Below are positions 21,571-43,860 of a stretch of 64,000 bases of DNA, one piece after another. The stretch lies in NCBI RefSeq assembly GCF_009914755.1, contig NC_060926.1; one strand, given 5' to 3'. The position numbers and the translations under genes were made by a program. Positions within the stretch are counted from its first letter, which is position 1. The number at the start of each line of letters is the position of its first letter. The notes below the pieces were generated by a model. That model saw only the letters and a list, made by a program, of their open reading frames with translations, made no database searches and was not told the origin of the DNA. Source of the DNA: the human T2T-CHM13v2.0 reference genome, Homo sapiens.

Positions 21571-21627
21571 TAATTTTTGTATTTTTGAGGTTTCCCGGTG
21601 TTGGCCAGGCTGGTCTCCAACTCCTGA

Positions 21628-21720
<93 letters not shown>

Positions 21721-22249
21721 TAATCTTTGTAGCTCTAAATGCTGGCATGGCCCAACAATCCTCTTCTCTTCACTCTATACTTTCTCCTTAAGGTGATTTC
21801 TTTCACGTCCATGATTTCAGTGATCATCTATACGCCATTACCACTAAAGTTTACATATTCCTTATGAACCGCTCTGAGTTTCAGATCTCTCTATCCAAAT
21901 TCTCCACTTGAACATCTTGAACGAACTTTAAACTCAAAATATCCTGTACTGCATGTATGATCTTCTCCCAAGCTGGTTTGAAGTTTCCTTTCACAGGAAA
22001 TGAGTCCACCATCTATCCAAGTCTGAAAGCCATCAATCTGGGAGGCATCCTTGACATTTCCTCTCCCTGCCTTCTAATCTATAACTAAGTCCTGTCACCA
22101 AAATCTTTCTACTTCTCAAAGATGTCTACACTTACCATCCTAGTTCAAGCCAACACCACCTCATTCCTGGATTGCTGTGAGAATCTCAGAACCAGTTCCG
22201 ACAGCTACTTCAATTCCTTCTCTACCCTGCAACCATTGTGATTTTTTTT

Positions 22250-22452
22250 TTATGTTTTAAAATTGTGATAAAATACACATAACATGAAATGTACTATTTT
22301 TCAATGTATTAATTCCCTGCCTTTAAGTACATTCACAATGTTGTGTAGCCGCCACCACATCCACATCCACAACTCTTAATCTTTCCAAACAGAAAGTGTG
22401 TACCCATTAAACAGTAACTCCCCATTTCCCAGTCCTTTCAGTCTCTGCTAAT

Positions 22453-22483
<31 letters not shown>

Positions 22484-23140
22484 GAGACAGGGTCTCGCTC
22501 TGTTGCCCAGGCTGGAGTGCAGTGGTGTGATCACAGCTTACTGCAGCCTTGAACTCTGGGCTCAAGCGATCCTCCCACCTCAGCCTCCCGAGTAGCTGGG
22601 ACCATAGGTGTGGGCATGCCTGGTTAATTTTTTATATTTTCTAATCTCTTTTCTGTCTCTGTAAATTTGCCTGTTCTAGGTACCTCATATAAGTGGAATC
22701 AAACAGTATTTGTCCTTTTGTGTCTGGTTATTTCACTTAGCAAAATGTCTTCAAGGTTCATCTATGTTGTAGCATATGTCAGAATTCCTTTCCTTTTTAA
22801 GGCTGAATAATATTCCGTTGTGTATATATACCATATTTTGTTCATGCATTCATTTATGAATGGACACTGGTTATTTCAACCTTTTGGCCATCTTGAATCA
22901 TGCTGCTGTGAACACTGGTATACATATATCTGTTTAAGTCCCTACTTCTGAATATTTGTGGTATATAAGTGGAATTGAATCACATGATAATTCTGTTTAA
23001 CTTTGTGATGAATCACCAAATTGTTTTCCACAGTGGTTACACCCATGTTACATTTCCACCAGCAATGCACGAGGGTTCTAATTTCTCCACATCCTCACCA
23101 TCACTTGTTATTATCTGTTTTCTTTTTTAATACAGCCACA
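22250..23140 (-). mobile_element. Old L1M 3' fragment with an Alu monomer insertion
   Basis: Antisense L1M 3'UTR motifs (TTCTAGGTACCTCATATAAGTGGAATC, ACATTCCACCAGCAATGCACGAGGGTTC). Confidence 0.75.
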
Positions 23141-23169
23141 TCATGATCTTTTTAAAACATCAATTCAGT

Positions 23170-23987
<818 letters not shown>

Positions 23988-24785
23988 GGTTTTCTTCTGT
24001 TCTGACAAGCTACTCCTTTTCTGTCTCCTTTCCTGGTTCATCTTCAACTTCTTTTCTTCTATTTTTTTTTTTAACCTTTTCTATGGTTCTAACTTCCCCT
24101 TTTCTAGATATTCTAGCATCACTGGGCCCGGTCCTTAGACTTGCTCTTTTCTACTTGGACTCACTCCCCTGGTGACCACCTCCAGGTTTGTGGCTTTAAA
24201 TTCCACGGACACAATGATGGTTCTCAAAAGCACGCTTCCACCATGGACTCTCTCCTGAACTCCCAACTGCCTCTGTCCAACCTGCTCCCTCCTAAAATGC
24301 CCTTGACTCTATTCCTTCTGCTGTCTTGGCCTGGTCAATTTCTACTTCCTACAGATTTCAGCTCAAAATCCCAGACACTCCTTCACAGGCTCTTCCACAG
24401 TGCTCATCCCCTTTATTAAAATTGCTTATTTAACTATTTTCCAAAATAGAGCATGAATTACTACAGGTAAGGGACCAGGCTCAATAATGAATGAGTGAGT
24501 ACCAAAATATCTCCAGATACCCCATCCAGGACTTGTCACCTGCTTTTCTCTACACTTATAGTGCAATATCTGCATTCTCTCTGTACCCACCAATATCCAC
24601 TCATCTATCAGGATCAACACAGCCTTCTTTGATGCTGGAGGGTCAGCTAGTATGGGCTTGCCACTCCACCTTGCCCAACCTTCAACACAGCCCTGACTGC
24701 TTTTTAAACTAATTAGTGAGCTCTTTGGGGAGAAGATTCTACATCTTATTCACTCATCTGGAAGAAACCTCCATCATAATCACTA

Positions 24786-25103
<318 letters not shown>

Positions 25104-26035
25104 TCACCAGGTGATAACTACTATGTTGACAACCGAAGTAGTGGAAGGGGGAACAGCAAGGGCAGAGCGGGGTTTCTTGTATAGGCAGGTTGTTTGAGGA
25201 AGGCTGCTCTGATAAGCTGGCATGGGAAGCAGTGCAGGATAAGGGAGGGATTTCCCCATGCAGTTATCTGGGGAAGAAGCTTTCCAGAAAGAAGAAACAG
25301 GCAGTGCAAAGGCCTAGAGGCTGGAGGATGCTTGGCTGTGCACCAGGAACAGCAAGGAAGCCAGCGTGGCCGGAGTAGGGGGTGCGAGGGGCCTTGCCTG
25401 TGAGCCTTAATAAATGTTTATAGGATTCTGATGAGACAGGAAAGCTACGGGGAAGGTCGGAGCAGGGGAGAGTCTGGTTCTTACTTAAAGGAACATTCCA
25501 GATGCTGAGGTGTGGAGAAGAGGTAGGGGGTGGAGGTTCAGGGGTGAGGATACGGAGTGGGAACAGGAACTGCGGCCAGGCAATTGGGAAACTACTGCAA
25601 CTCTCCACGTAAGAGATTTTTAGCCAAAGATTGTTCAGCCAGTCTATGAGTATTTCAGGCCTCCGTATTTTCCATGTGTCAAGCCACTAGGCCTATTCGT
25701 CTTCCACTAGACCCCGCCCCACAACTGCTGCCTGGGAAATATTTGTTACTTGCACTAATAAAAATTCTTCACGGGAAGGAAATGGCTTTCAGTCCCCACC
25801 CCGCTCCACGATCCCTTCCCTGGATTTGGGGAGGGCCCCACACCCGGGCTGCGGACCTGGGCCTGCTCTCCCAGTGCTGACCCAGCCGGGGCCAGGGGCT
25901 TCGGATCAGCGTCCGCGTCCTGAGCTGGGGACGCAGGATTGGCGAGTCCCGCCCCGGCTGGGCCTGCAGCCCCTCGTACGTGGCCCCCCGGCCCCCGCTC
26001 CCCGCGCTCCCTCGGCTGCCCCCTGCCCTGCTCAC

Positions 26036-26038
26036 CTG

Positions 26039-26070
<32 letters not shown>

Positions 26071-26100
26071 GGAGACCCGCGGCTTCGGGAGAGCTGGTTC
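26036..26100 (-). other. EIF2AK2: EIF2AK2 non-coding exon 1 (5' end/TSS approximate)
   Basis: Consensus donor CAG|gtgagc at 26035, immediately downstream of the CGG run and ISRE. Confidence 0.85.
26041..26067 (-). repeat. (CGG)9 trinucleotide repeat in exon 1
   Basis: Nine perfect CCG units on the plus strand. Confidence 0.97.
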
Positions 26101-26102
26101 TC

Positions 26103-26115
26103 AGTTTCGTTTTCC
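26103..26115 (-). promoter_or_regulatory. ISRE (GGAAAACGAAACT)
   Basis: Matches the ISRE consensus and the known PKR interferon-response element. Confidence 0.95.
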
Positions 26116-26119
26116 CCTT

Positions 26120-26134
26120 GGACTCCGCCTTCCC
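26120..26134 (-). promoter_or_regulatory. KCS (kinase conserved sequence, GGGAAGGCGGAGTCC)
   Basis: Known 15-bp PKR promoter element, 4 bp upstream of the ISRE. Confidence 0.92.
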
Positions 26135-26220
26135 TGCAGCCGCCCGGCCCCCTCTCGCACAAGCCCTCGTCTGCTACGGGATTGGGGTAAATTGGCGCTG
26201 GATCCAGAGTGCGCGCGAGA

Positions 26221-26283
26221 GGCACTGGCGGGCGGGCTTGGCACCGGCGGGCGGGCTTGGCACCGGCGGGCGGGCTTGGCACC
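26221..26283. repeat. 19-bp tandem repeat, 3.3 copies (GGCACCGGCGGGCGGGCTT)
   Basis: Units at 26221, 26240 and 26259 plus a partial unit; one mismatch; followed by CACGTG at 26284-26289. Confidence 0.95.
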
Positions 26284-27339
26284 CACGTGCTGCCCCTGCA
26301 CGGCCAGGACCCCGCACCCCCATCCCCCGCCCCCGGGGCTCCTAGGCTTCTCCGCTGGCCTAGTCCGTTGGCCGCACTAGGTTCTCGAATCAAGGGTTCC
26401 ACTTACTCTCAACACAAATATTTGGGGTGGGGTTGGGAAGATGGGTCTTACCAGCTCCATTCTACAATAGAGGAAACTGAGTAAATGAACTCACCCAGGG
26501 GTCCTGCCGCTCGTAAGTGGCAAAGCCAGGATTCAGTTCAAGTCGGGGCCTGTAAACACCAAAGCACTCTTTCCCTCTTGCCACACCGCGGCCCCCTCAC
26601 CTTTACAAGCCTGGGGATCAGAGGCCTGGGGGCGTAATCTCCTTCACTCCGCTCCCACCCATCCATTCATTCATGAGCAGACACTTGCCAGCCGCTGTAA
26701 AAGCACCTGTGGGCCAGTCCTGCTGCTAAATAGAGACACCTGCTTCCTACAGTACCCCAGGGAGCTTCCTACCATAGTCCAACACCAGTAGTCCTCGATT
26801 TATAGAAATTCTACTCACCTGATGGACTGCGACACACTCCCAGAGTCACACAGAGTTCCAGAGTTCATTGGCACAGTGACTAATGAGTATTGAGGCACAG
26901 AGAATTTGGATTAACACAGGTAGTAAGCAGCGGAGTTAGAATTATAACCAGGAGTTTGTACTCTCAGTATCTTAGCTGGGATAAGAGAGGAAGGTGGTCC
27001 AAAGACAGACCTCAAATATACATTAAATATTATGCCTAGGCTGGCGCGGTGGCTCATGCCTGTAATCCCAGAAATTTGGGAGGCTGAGACGGGCGGATCA
27101 CCTGAGGTCAGGAGTTCAGGACCAGCCTGGCCAACATGGCAAAACCCCGTCTCTACTAAAAAACACAAAAATTAGCTGGGCGTGGTGGCAGGCACCTGTA
27201 ATCCCAGCTACTCCAGAGGCTGAGGCAGGGAGAATTGCTTGAACCTGGGAGGCAGAGATTGTAGTGAGCTGAGATCATGCCACTACACTCCAGCCTGGGT
27301 GACAGAGTGGGACTCCAATTCAAAAAAAAAAAAAAAATT

Positions 27340-29530
<2,191 letters not shown>

Positions 29531-29950
29531 TTCTCAGGCCTTACTACGTAACTCTTTGTGAATATCAGTGTGGTTATTGACCTATAGTCAATCCCATAAG
29601 TCTATCTCTTTTAATACAGTGACTTTTAGATCAAAATGTGTAATGCTAAAGCAACGAATCAGACACAGATAGAAGAATCGTATGTATCAATTATTCTTAA
29701 TTCTCTTTTTACTAGCAGAGGAAAAATAATAACTGTTATTCCTGCTTTTGGAAATTGTAGAGTGGTCCATATTTATGTTGTACCGTATCTCTTGTGGCTC
29801 TTTTCCTCAGATGTTTCTGCTTTAGTAATTTGTCTTGCTTACTTATAAACTCTTCTTGTCAATAGTCCCCACATGCACATTATTATAAAATCATCGCTAT
29901 GGTCTGAATGTTTGTGTCCTCCCTAAAACTCATAAGTTAAAAGCGAATCA

Positions 29951-30437
<487 letters not shown>

Positions 30438-30909
30438 TCAAGCCCAGAATCATCAAGGGCTTACAAGACACTATATTTCCTGCACCCTGGTTGCCACTTT
30501 AACCTCGTCTCTTGTTTCTCTGCCCCTCTTTCATTCTCCTCTAGTTACATTGTCCTCCTTGTGGTTTTTCAAGAATGCCAGGTATACTACTGTCTCAGTG
30601 CCTCTGTACTTGCTCTTCCTTTTGCTTGGAACCTCATCCTTCAGATATCTGCAAAACTCACAGATCTTGTTGAAACGTCACTTGCTCACGAAGCCCCCTG
30701 ACTACACTATTTAAGTTCCAATCACTACTGTCACCCTGTTGTCACTCCCTATCCCCCTCATTCTATTCTATTTCCCCTCCATGGCACTTACAGCCTTCTA
30801 TTATACAATACAACTTATTGATTTATTGTCTTTGTTTTCTCCTTCCTCTGACATGTAAAGTCACATGGACAGGGATTTTTGACTGTTTTATTCGCTAATT
30901 ATTTCATTG

Positions 30910-31125
30910 TCTAGAATAGATCTGGGCCAAAACTGGGCTGCTGCCTGTTTTTGTAAATAATGCTTTATTAGTGCACAACCACATTCATTCATCTATATAT
31001 TGTCTATGGCTGCTTTGACACTAAGATGAGTTGTGTTGAGTCACTGTGACAGAAACTGCATGACCAGTAAAATTGAAAATATTTACTATCTGACCCTTCA
31101 CAAAAAATGTTTGCTGATCCTTGTT
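30910..31125. mobile_element. MER58-like hAT-Charlie MITE
   Basis: GGGCCAAA...GCCTGTTTTTGTAAATAA...TATTGTCTATGGCTGCTTT...TTTGCTGATCC pattern. Confidence 0.65.
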
Positions 31126-31439
31126 CTAGAATAATGACTGGCCGTGGAGGAGGAGTGGAACTAGCAAGGACACTGGGAGGCAGCAGCTAATAGGGAAACC
31201 AAGAGACATGGACTCCTACAAGCCAAGTGAAAAAAAATTTTTTCTGGGAGGAAAGCGTAATCCACTATGTCAAATGCTGCTTAACAAATCCTTGTTGAAT
31301 GAATACTGGGAGACAGATGAAGGCCCCAGTGTTCCTCTCCCTGATGCTATTCCTCTTCCTCTTCTCAGCAGAGATAATCACTCATTTAAGTTATTCACAT
31401 TCATGACTTAAAGGGTATTACCTCTGTATGCATTCATTT

Positions 31440-35130
<3,691 letters not shown>

Positions 35131-35506
35131 TATCCTTTACACTTTTTTTTAAGAGACAAGGTCTTTGTTGCCCAGGCTAGAGTGCAGTGATACAATCATG
35201 GCTCACTGCAGCCTCAACCTCCTGGGCACATGCAATCCTCCTGCCTCAGTCTCCTGAGTAGCTGGTACTATGGGCACACACCGCCATGCCTGGTTAATTT
35301 TTTTTTTTTTTTTTTGGTAGAGATGAGGTCTTCCTATGTTGCTCCAGCTGGTCTTGAACTCCTGGCCTTAAGTGATTCTCCCTCCTCAGCCTCCCAAAGC
35401 ACTGAGATTACAGGCATGAGCCACAGCACCTGTCTACATTTTTTTTTTCCTATTAGGCTATATTTTATTTCATCTATTGATATTAGTTGTTCTTTATATA
35501 CTCTAG

Positions 35507-35981
<475 letters not shown>

Positions 35982-36260
35982 TGAGCCACCTCGCCCAGCC
36001 AGGATTCTTTCTTTTTAGAACATTTTCTGTCTTGTTAGTTCCACATGCCTACTTGAGGCTCTGTGGTAGAAAAAGTCTTGATGGGCCGGGCGTCGTGGCT
36101 CATGCCTATAATCCCAACACTTTGGGAGGCCAAGGCAAGTGGATCACCTGAGGTCAGGAGGTCAAGACCATCCTGGCCAACATGGGAGAAACCCTGCCTC
36201 TACTAAAAATACAAAAATTAGCCAGGCGTGGTGGTGCGTGCCTGTAAACCCAGCTACTCA

Positions 36261-36437
<177 letters not shown>

Positions 36438-37043
36438 TTAAAGGTCATATTAAGTAGAAATATAAGGTCCCTTGAGAAGGGGCCTTCCTAAGGCCTACTG
36501 CAATGGCATACATGGAGCAGATTAGCAATGCATTTTTCTTGAACCAAATTAGAATGGAATTTATTGCAGAGTTGGAATTAACTCTCCCCCAACATTGTCT
36601 GAGATAGCCACCCCAAGTGCTTTTATCCATAGTAAGAAAGGAGTTATATTACGAGCAAAGTACAGAAAATTGTGCACCATTTGGAGGCCTGTGTCATCTA
36701 TGGCCAAACACAGCTTTAGGTATGTCTCTGATAGTATCTCCTTACCCTCTTACGTGAACCTAGAGCACAAAATAAGTTAAAACTCCAGTGTGATGTATTA
36801 ATAATAGTGTCCCTTTGGGACTGCTGAAATATCCTTTCTTGAAAAAGTGAACAAACTTATATTTGTGCTCAAAAATGTCCGATGTTATCATTATTATTAA
36901 ATTGTATTATTATTTTGTATTGTATTATTTAGATTTCAATATTGTTTAATTATTATTTGATTATTTGATTGAATTATCATTTAATTATTTACACTTAATT
37001 ATTATTAAGGAAAATAAATCTAGGCCTGCTGAATTGACTGGAA

Positions 37044-37174
37044 TCAACCCTGGCAATATGATTCATACTTCAACTTTGCTCCGAGGGAGGTGCCTGCTAA
37101 GCACTCTTTGAATTTTTCATCCATTTCCTGGTTCTGAATTTCACTGAACAAATTTTTCCAATCACCAACTTCAC
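37044..37174 (-). CDS. SULT6B1: SULT6B1 last coding exon (GEVGDWKNLFSEIQNQEMDEKFKECLAGTSLGAKLKYESYCQG*), stop TGA at 37044-37046
   Basis: ttgtag|GTGAAG; completes the RKGxxGDWK PAPS motif; total CDS 912 nt = 303 aa. Confidence 0.95.
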
Positions 37175-39465
37175 CTACAACACACAAAAAACAGTAGACC
37201 CAGATATCTGTTAGAATATTTCTTCATGATTTTACCATTTTCAGTGCAATATTTCACTCTGATATGTTAAAATGGACACATGGAAAAAAGCTTTACACTC
37301 TTTATTTAGTTTTTTTCAGACGGTGTCTCGCTCTGTTGCCCAGGCTGGAGTGCCGTGGTGCGATCTTCAAGCAATTCTCCCTGCCTTAGCCTACCGAGTA
37401 GCTGGGATTACCGGCGCCCGCCACCACACCCGGCTAATGTATTTTTAGTAGAGATGGGGTTTCGCAATGCTGGCCAGGCTTGTCTCGAACTCCTGACCTC
37501 AGGTGATCCGCCAGCCTCGGCCTCCCAAAGTGCTGGGTACAGGCGTGAGCTACTGCGCCCAGCCAAAAGTTTTACACTCTTAAAACCTAATGTGATTTCT
37601 GTTATAAAATTAACAATATCCATTGGGACTCCACCATCTGTGGTGTGGGAGGTGACATGTTTTCTTTACATCACTAGGGGGAGCCATCAGCCTCAGTGAT
37701 ACCCTAACCCTATTCCTCTCCAAACACCTAGAACTTAAAATTCCACTTTTTGAGAATGATATTTTTCTCTGTAAAGTCTCTTAAAGACTTTAAATACCCT
37801 TTGAAAGTTAACATTTTATAGCAAGTTTTCGTTAAGACCTCAGATACTGATAATTTTGCAAAAATGTATTATTTTGCCTGAGTTTGGGATGTTTTTTCTT
37901 ACTGGCTGTTACCAGTAAAGAAAGTTACTTTTTTCTTAAAGATCTTTTGATCATTTAGGTTGAAGTTGTAAGTTCCATATTGCATAGCTGTTGAAATGTA
38001 CGTTAATAAAGAGTTTAATGACATGAAGAAACGCTTACAATATATTAAGGGAATAAAAGAAAACACAAAACTGTTTACAAATGTCATCAGCTATATAAAA
38101 CGTCACAGAATAAGGGTGGAAGAAAATATGCCAGAAAGTTAAACCTACCTCTGGTGGAAGAAATTTGGATAATTTTAATACTTTTTCACATTTTTCTATG
38201 CTTTATGAATTTTCTACAGGGAATATCATACGTTTTTAAAACTATTACTTTATTTACCTTAGAATTGTCCTATTCTAAATAACACTTAATTAACAATAGA
38301 TAGAAAGGTTCTATTTCCTACCTCCTTAAAGCTGATTAAACAAGCCATAAAAATGGGGGTTAGTCAAGAATCTAACCAAAGTTAGGTTTACATTCAATGT
38401 TCCGCTTACAGTAGATTTTAAAAATGGATTTTCATTTGAAAAAGTACAGTAGAGTCATGTCTAGGCTCATATCCTGACTCCACTGTTTATTAGCTATGTG
38501 ACAATGGAAAATTAATATTCCTGAGCTTTGATTCCTACATTTAGAAAATTAAGAACTTCAGTGGGTTTTTTGGTTTGTTTGTTTTTGTTTTCTTGTTTTT
38601 GTTTTTGTTTTTGTTTGAGACAGAGTCTGGCTCTGTCACCCAGGCTGGAGTGCAGTGGTGCAATCTTGGCTCACTGCAACCTCCACCTCCCAGGTTCAAG
38701 CAGTTCTCTGACTCAGCCTCCCAAGTAGCTGGAATTACAGGCGCCCGCCACCACGTCCAGCCCGAGCTAATTTTTATATTTTTGGTAGAGACAGGGTTTC
38801 ACCATCTTCGCCAGGCTGGTCTTGAACTCCTGATCTCATGATCCACCTGCCTCGGCCTCCCAAAGTGCTGGGATTACAGGCATGAGCCACCATGTCCGGC
38901 CTTAGAACTTCAGTGTTTTTTACAATAAAATTTAATCCCAACAAAATGTTTAATACATGATAGATGCCTGCTGTTAGCTGTTGTTGTCCTTGCTGGTATA
39001 TGTGCTACCTCTACATCTCATTATTTCATTATATACTCAATGAAAAATAACACTGGCAATCCTTAAGCTATATTATCACACATTTCCACAAGAACTTAGA
39101 ATACTTTAATGAAATATAGTAACTATCATCCATGTCAGAGAGAGCTAGTTGCCTTTCCCATAGTCATTTTCTTCCTCTTCCTTATGGACAAAACCCTGAT
39201 TTTAATTGTGTAGTAATATGCCTGGCTTAAAAAAGTCACATTTCCCAGCCACCACTGCAAGGAAAGTGGCCAATGAAATGTAAGAAGTCATTGGCCAGGT
39301 GTGGTGGCTCACGCCTGTAATCCCAGCACATTGGGAGGCCGAGAATGGGTGGATCACCTGAGGTCAGGAGTTCAAGACCAGTCTGGCCAACATGGTGAAA
39401 CCCCATCTCTACTAAAAATACAATAATTATCTGGGTGTGGTAATGGGTACCTGTAATCCCAGCTA

Positions 39466-39573
<108 letters not shown>

Positions 39574-40125
39574 TCAAAAAAAATATATAAAATAAATAAG
39601 AGAGAGGAAAAAAAGGAGTCATTGGCCAGGTGCAGTGGCTCACGCCTGTAATCCAGCATTTTGGGAGAGGAGTTTGAGACCAGCCTGGCCAATATGGCAA
39701 AACCCTGTCTCTATTAAAAATACAAAAAAATTAGCCAGGCGTGGTGGCGCACACAAGAATCTCTTGAACCCAGGAAGCAGAGGTTGCAGTGAGCCAAGAT
39801 TGTGCCACTGCATTCCAGCCTGGGCAACACAGCAAGATTCTGTCTCAAAAAAAAAAAAAAAAAAAACTCACTGATGGGGCTTCCAGGAAAGTTATTTAAA
39901 GGGGGCTCACTCAGCTAATACGATTCTGCCCCTTGCCCACTCACTATCTCCTATCTGAATTTGAACATAATAGTTGAGCTTCAGCTGCTATCTTGTTTTC
40001 AGAAGGTGATCATCAGAAAGGACTCTCAACCGCAGAAAGGACCCTAAAAGTTGGTATGGGGCGGCCGGGCGCGGTGGCTCACGCCTGTAATCCCAGCACT
40101 TCGGGAGGCCAAGGCGGGCGGATCA

Positions 40126-40446
<321 letters not shown>

Positions 40447-40539
40447 CTATCTGACTTAAGATGAAGTTATTTGGATTACCTGTTGTGTGCAAAGTCAGTC
40501 CCTAACTGATAACAATCCCAGAAACCAATGCGACTTTAC

Positions 40540-40696
40540 CTTTGCGGAAAAGGAATGGGCCGACAGCACCGTGTGTGTCCTGAGACTTCGCACGCATGGC
40601 TTGGAAGGTGCTCTGGACTGAGATAGTTTGAATTTGCTCCCCAGTTAGAAAGAATCCCAAGAACTCAGCAATCTGTTTTATTCCAGCAGCCAGATT
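40540..40696 (-). CDS. SULT6B1: SULT6B1 coding exon 6 (157 nt; NLAAGIKQIAEFLG...GPFLFRK)
   Basis: AG/GT boundaries, phase consistent, SULT C-terminal region. Confidence 0.95.
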
Positions 40697-41558
40697 CTGT
40701 AAAAAAATTTTCTTAAAGATAAATTTCTTCCTATGGAAATTGTTCTCTGAGCTGAGACAGACTTTTTAGTCATCAGAGTTATTCAGCCTAACTCCCTAGT
40801 TCATCTCATCCCCCACTTTAAACTTAGAGTACTTTCATCTTCTTATGTAAATATTGAGATATCTCTGTAAGATATTCTGTATTGATTATACTTTGTAGTT
40901 TCAATTTATGACTCTTGTTGAACTTACCAGATAATAGTTTTTAGCATGTAAATAATGACAGTAACATTAATTCACAGGTTATAATTTTATCTAGGATGAT
41001 ATCATTGCATTAAAAAGTACCAACTTAGACCAGCTGAAGAAATTAATGTATTCCTATGTGCTCATTTGAATTCTCTTTTTTTCTGAATTCTATTTATAGC
41101 TAATGTTTAATTCCATTAAGAAAGTCTAATTTTTAGAATCATAAAAACTTGAAGAATTTTTTTTTTTTTTTAGACAGGGTCTTTCTCTGCTGCCCAGACT
41201 AGAGTGGTGCAAGGGCACAATCACGGCTCACTGCAGCCTGGACTTCCTGGGCTCCAGCAATCCTCACACCTCAGCCTTCTGAATAGCTGGGACAACAGGT
41301 GTGTGCCACCACGTCTGGCTAATTCTTGTATTTTTGTAGAGACAGGGTTTCGCCATGTTGCCCAGGCTGCTCTCAGAGTCTTTAATAGACCAGTGCATAA
41401 TGTGAATCTCCAAGAGAGCAGGCTATAGAATACAGCAGTTCCTAAATCTATTTGAATAACCTCCTCCCAAACCTCAAGAAATATTTATTAACAGCTGGGG
41501 CAACACTTGTATTCTATGGTGCACAAGTTTCAGAAACATTATTCTAAACTAGAATTAA

Positions 41559-41750
<192 letters not shown>

Positions 41751-42299
41751 TAGAGGTGTGTGCCACCACGCCCGGCTAATTTTTGTATTTTTAGTAGAAA
41801 CAGGGTTTCACCATGTTGGCCAGGCTGGTCTCGAACTCCTGACCTCAAGTGATCCACCCGCCTTGGCCTCCCAAAGTGCTAGGATTACAGGCGTGAGCCG
41901 CCGTGCCTGGCCTAAACCATACATTTGCTTGTTTGTTTGTTTGTTTGTTTGTTTTTGGTTTTTCGTTTGTTTGTTTTTTGAGATGGAGTCTTGCTCTGTG
42001 GCCCACGCTGGAGTGCAATGGCACAATATCAGCTCACTGCAACCTCCACCTCCTGGGTTCAAGTGAGTCTCCTGCCTCAGCCTCCTGAGTAGTTGGGATT
42101 ACAGGCACGCACCACCACACCCAGCTAATTTTTGTATTTTTAGTAGAGACGGGGTTTCACTGTGTTGGTCAGGCTTGTCTCGAACTCCCGACCTCAGGTG
42201 ATCCACCTGCCTCGGCCTCTCAAAGTGCTGGGATTACAGGCGTGAGCCACCATGCCTGGCCTAAACCACACTTTCTTTTTATAAGAATGTAATGTAAGA

Positions 42300-43860
42300 C
42301 TGGTGTTAGAAACCCAATTAAGTTAAGGAGCACTTGATACTCCCTTCTCTTTAACATGCTTTCTCCACAGGATTCTGCTTTCCTTCCTACCTCAGTAGCC
42401 CCCGCTTCCTGGTCTCCTTTGCTGATTCCTCCTTTTTTCCCCAAACTCTTTAAATTGGTGGGCTCCAAGTTCTTGGTCATCTTCTCTATCTATATACCTA
42501 CGTATATATTTCCATGGCTTTAAAGCACGGCTATGTGTCAGTGATGCCCAAATTTTATCTACGGCCCAGAACTCTCTGTACTTACAAGGCCTGTATGCCC
42601 AACTGCCTACTTGACTTCTCAATTAGGACGACTAATAAACATCTCAAATTTAATGTGTCGAAAACCAAACCTCTGATCTCCCCGACAGTTCTTCACCTGC
42701 TGCCATCTCCTACTCAATCGGTGGCAACTCAGCCCTCAATATTATTGGCCAGGCCAATAATATTGGAGGCTTACTTGACTTCTCTCCTTGTCTTGCCACT
42801 CTCCCCTCCATCCAATTCAGCAGCAAATCCTGTTGGCCTTCCCTTCAACATATATCCAGAATCCAACCTCTTCTCATCCCTGCATGGCCCCTTCTTGGCC
42901 TGAGCCACCATCTTCCTTTGCCTGGACTATTGCAGTGCCCTCTTTACAGCCCTCCCAGCATTTGCTTTGCCCCAGTTCATTCTCACACCTAGCCAGAATG
43001 ATCTTGTTAAAAACACATCTGCTCCAATCACTCCTCTGCTCAAATCCCACGATGGCTTCCCACTTCCCTCAAAGTGAAAGCCAGAGTGAGTGGCATACTC
43101 CATCCTACCTCCTTGACTCTTTCCTCATTGGCTGTTCAGCCCTGGTTTATTCCTACTGACCCAGGCACATCTGCTGTCCCTTAATCTCACCAGGACTATC
43201 CCAGCTTTTGCTCCAGTTGATTCCCTCTGCCAGAAATGCTCTTCCCCAGTTACCTACTTGGCTCACTCCCCCACTTCCCTCAGATCTTTGCTCAAATCAC
43301 ATCCCCTCAGTAAGGTCTCTCCTAATCTTCCTATTCTTTTTTTTTTTTTTTTTTTTTTTTGATACAGGATCTCACTCTGTCACCCAGGCTGGAGTGTGGT
43401 GGCCTAATCATGGTTCACTGCAGCCTCTACCTCTTAGGCTCAAGTGATCCTCCTGTCTCAGCTTCCTGAGTAGCTGGTACTACAGGTACATGCCTAATTT
43501 TTAAAAATGTGCCCAGGGTGGTCTCGAACTCCTGGCCTGAAGTGATCCCCCTGCCTCAGCCTCTCAAAGTGTTGGGATTGTAGGCATGAACCACCACACC
43601 AGCCTAAACATCATATTTTACACTGGAATTTGTCCAATCCTTCCCCGTGCCTGGCCCCCCAGCATTTTTAATTTTCCTTCACCAGCTATGCTGTTTCTTT
43701 TTTTCTCACATACTATATACATTTTAAAAATTATTGTGTTTATTATGTATCATTCTTTCTTTCCACCTTCTCCAACTGGCATGTAAGTTACTACAGGGCA
43801 GCGATCTTTGCCTTGTCTGTTCACTGATGTAACACCAGGGCCTAATTGGTGAGCAATCAC
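42300..43860 (-). mobile_element. L2 remnant with an Alu insertion
   Basis: L2 motifs (CCAACTGCCTACTTGAC...CATCTCAAATTTAA; CCCTCTGCCAGAAATGCTCTTCCCC). Confidence 0.7.

Larger units (their letters stand above)
25820..26400. promoter_or_regulatory. EIF2AK2: CpG island / TATA-less EIF2AK2 promoter
   Basis: Very GC- and CpG-rich, multiple GGGCGG boxes, surrounds exon 1. Confidence 0.93.

Noticed and set aside
26221-26283. CRISPR-like array
   Set aside because: Head-to-tail repeats without spacers in mammalian DNA; no cas genes.
25755-26484. Overlapping 80-215 aa ORFs across the PKR promoter
   Set aside because: Stop-poor GC-rich CpG island with CGG and 19-bp repeats; low-complexity products in all frames.
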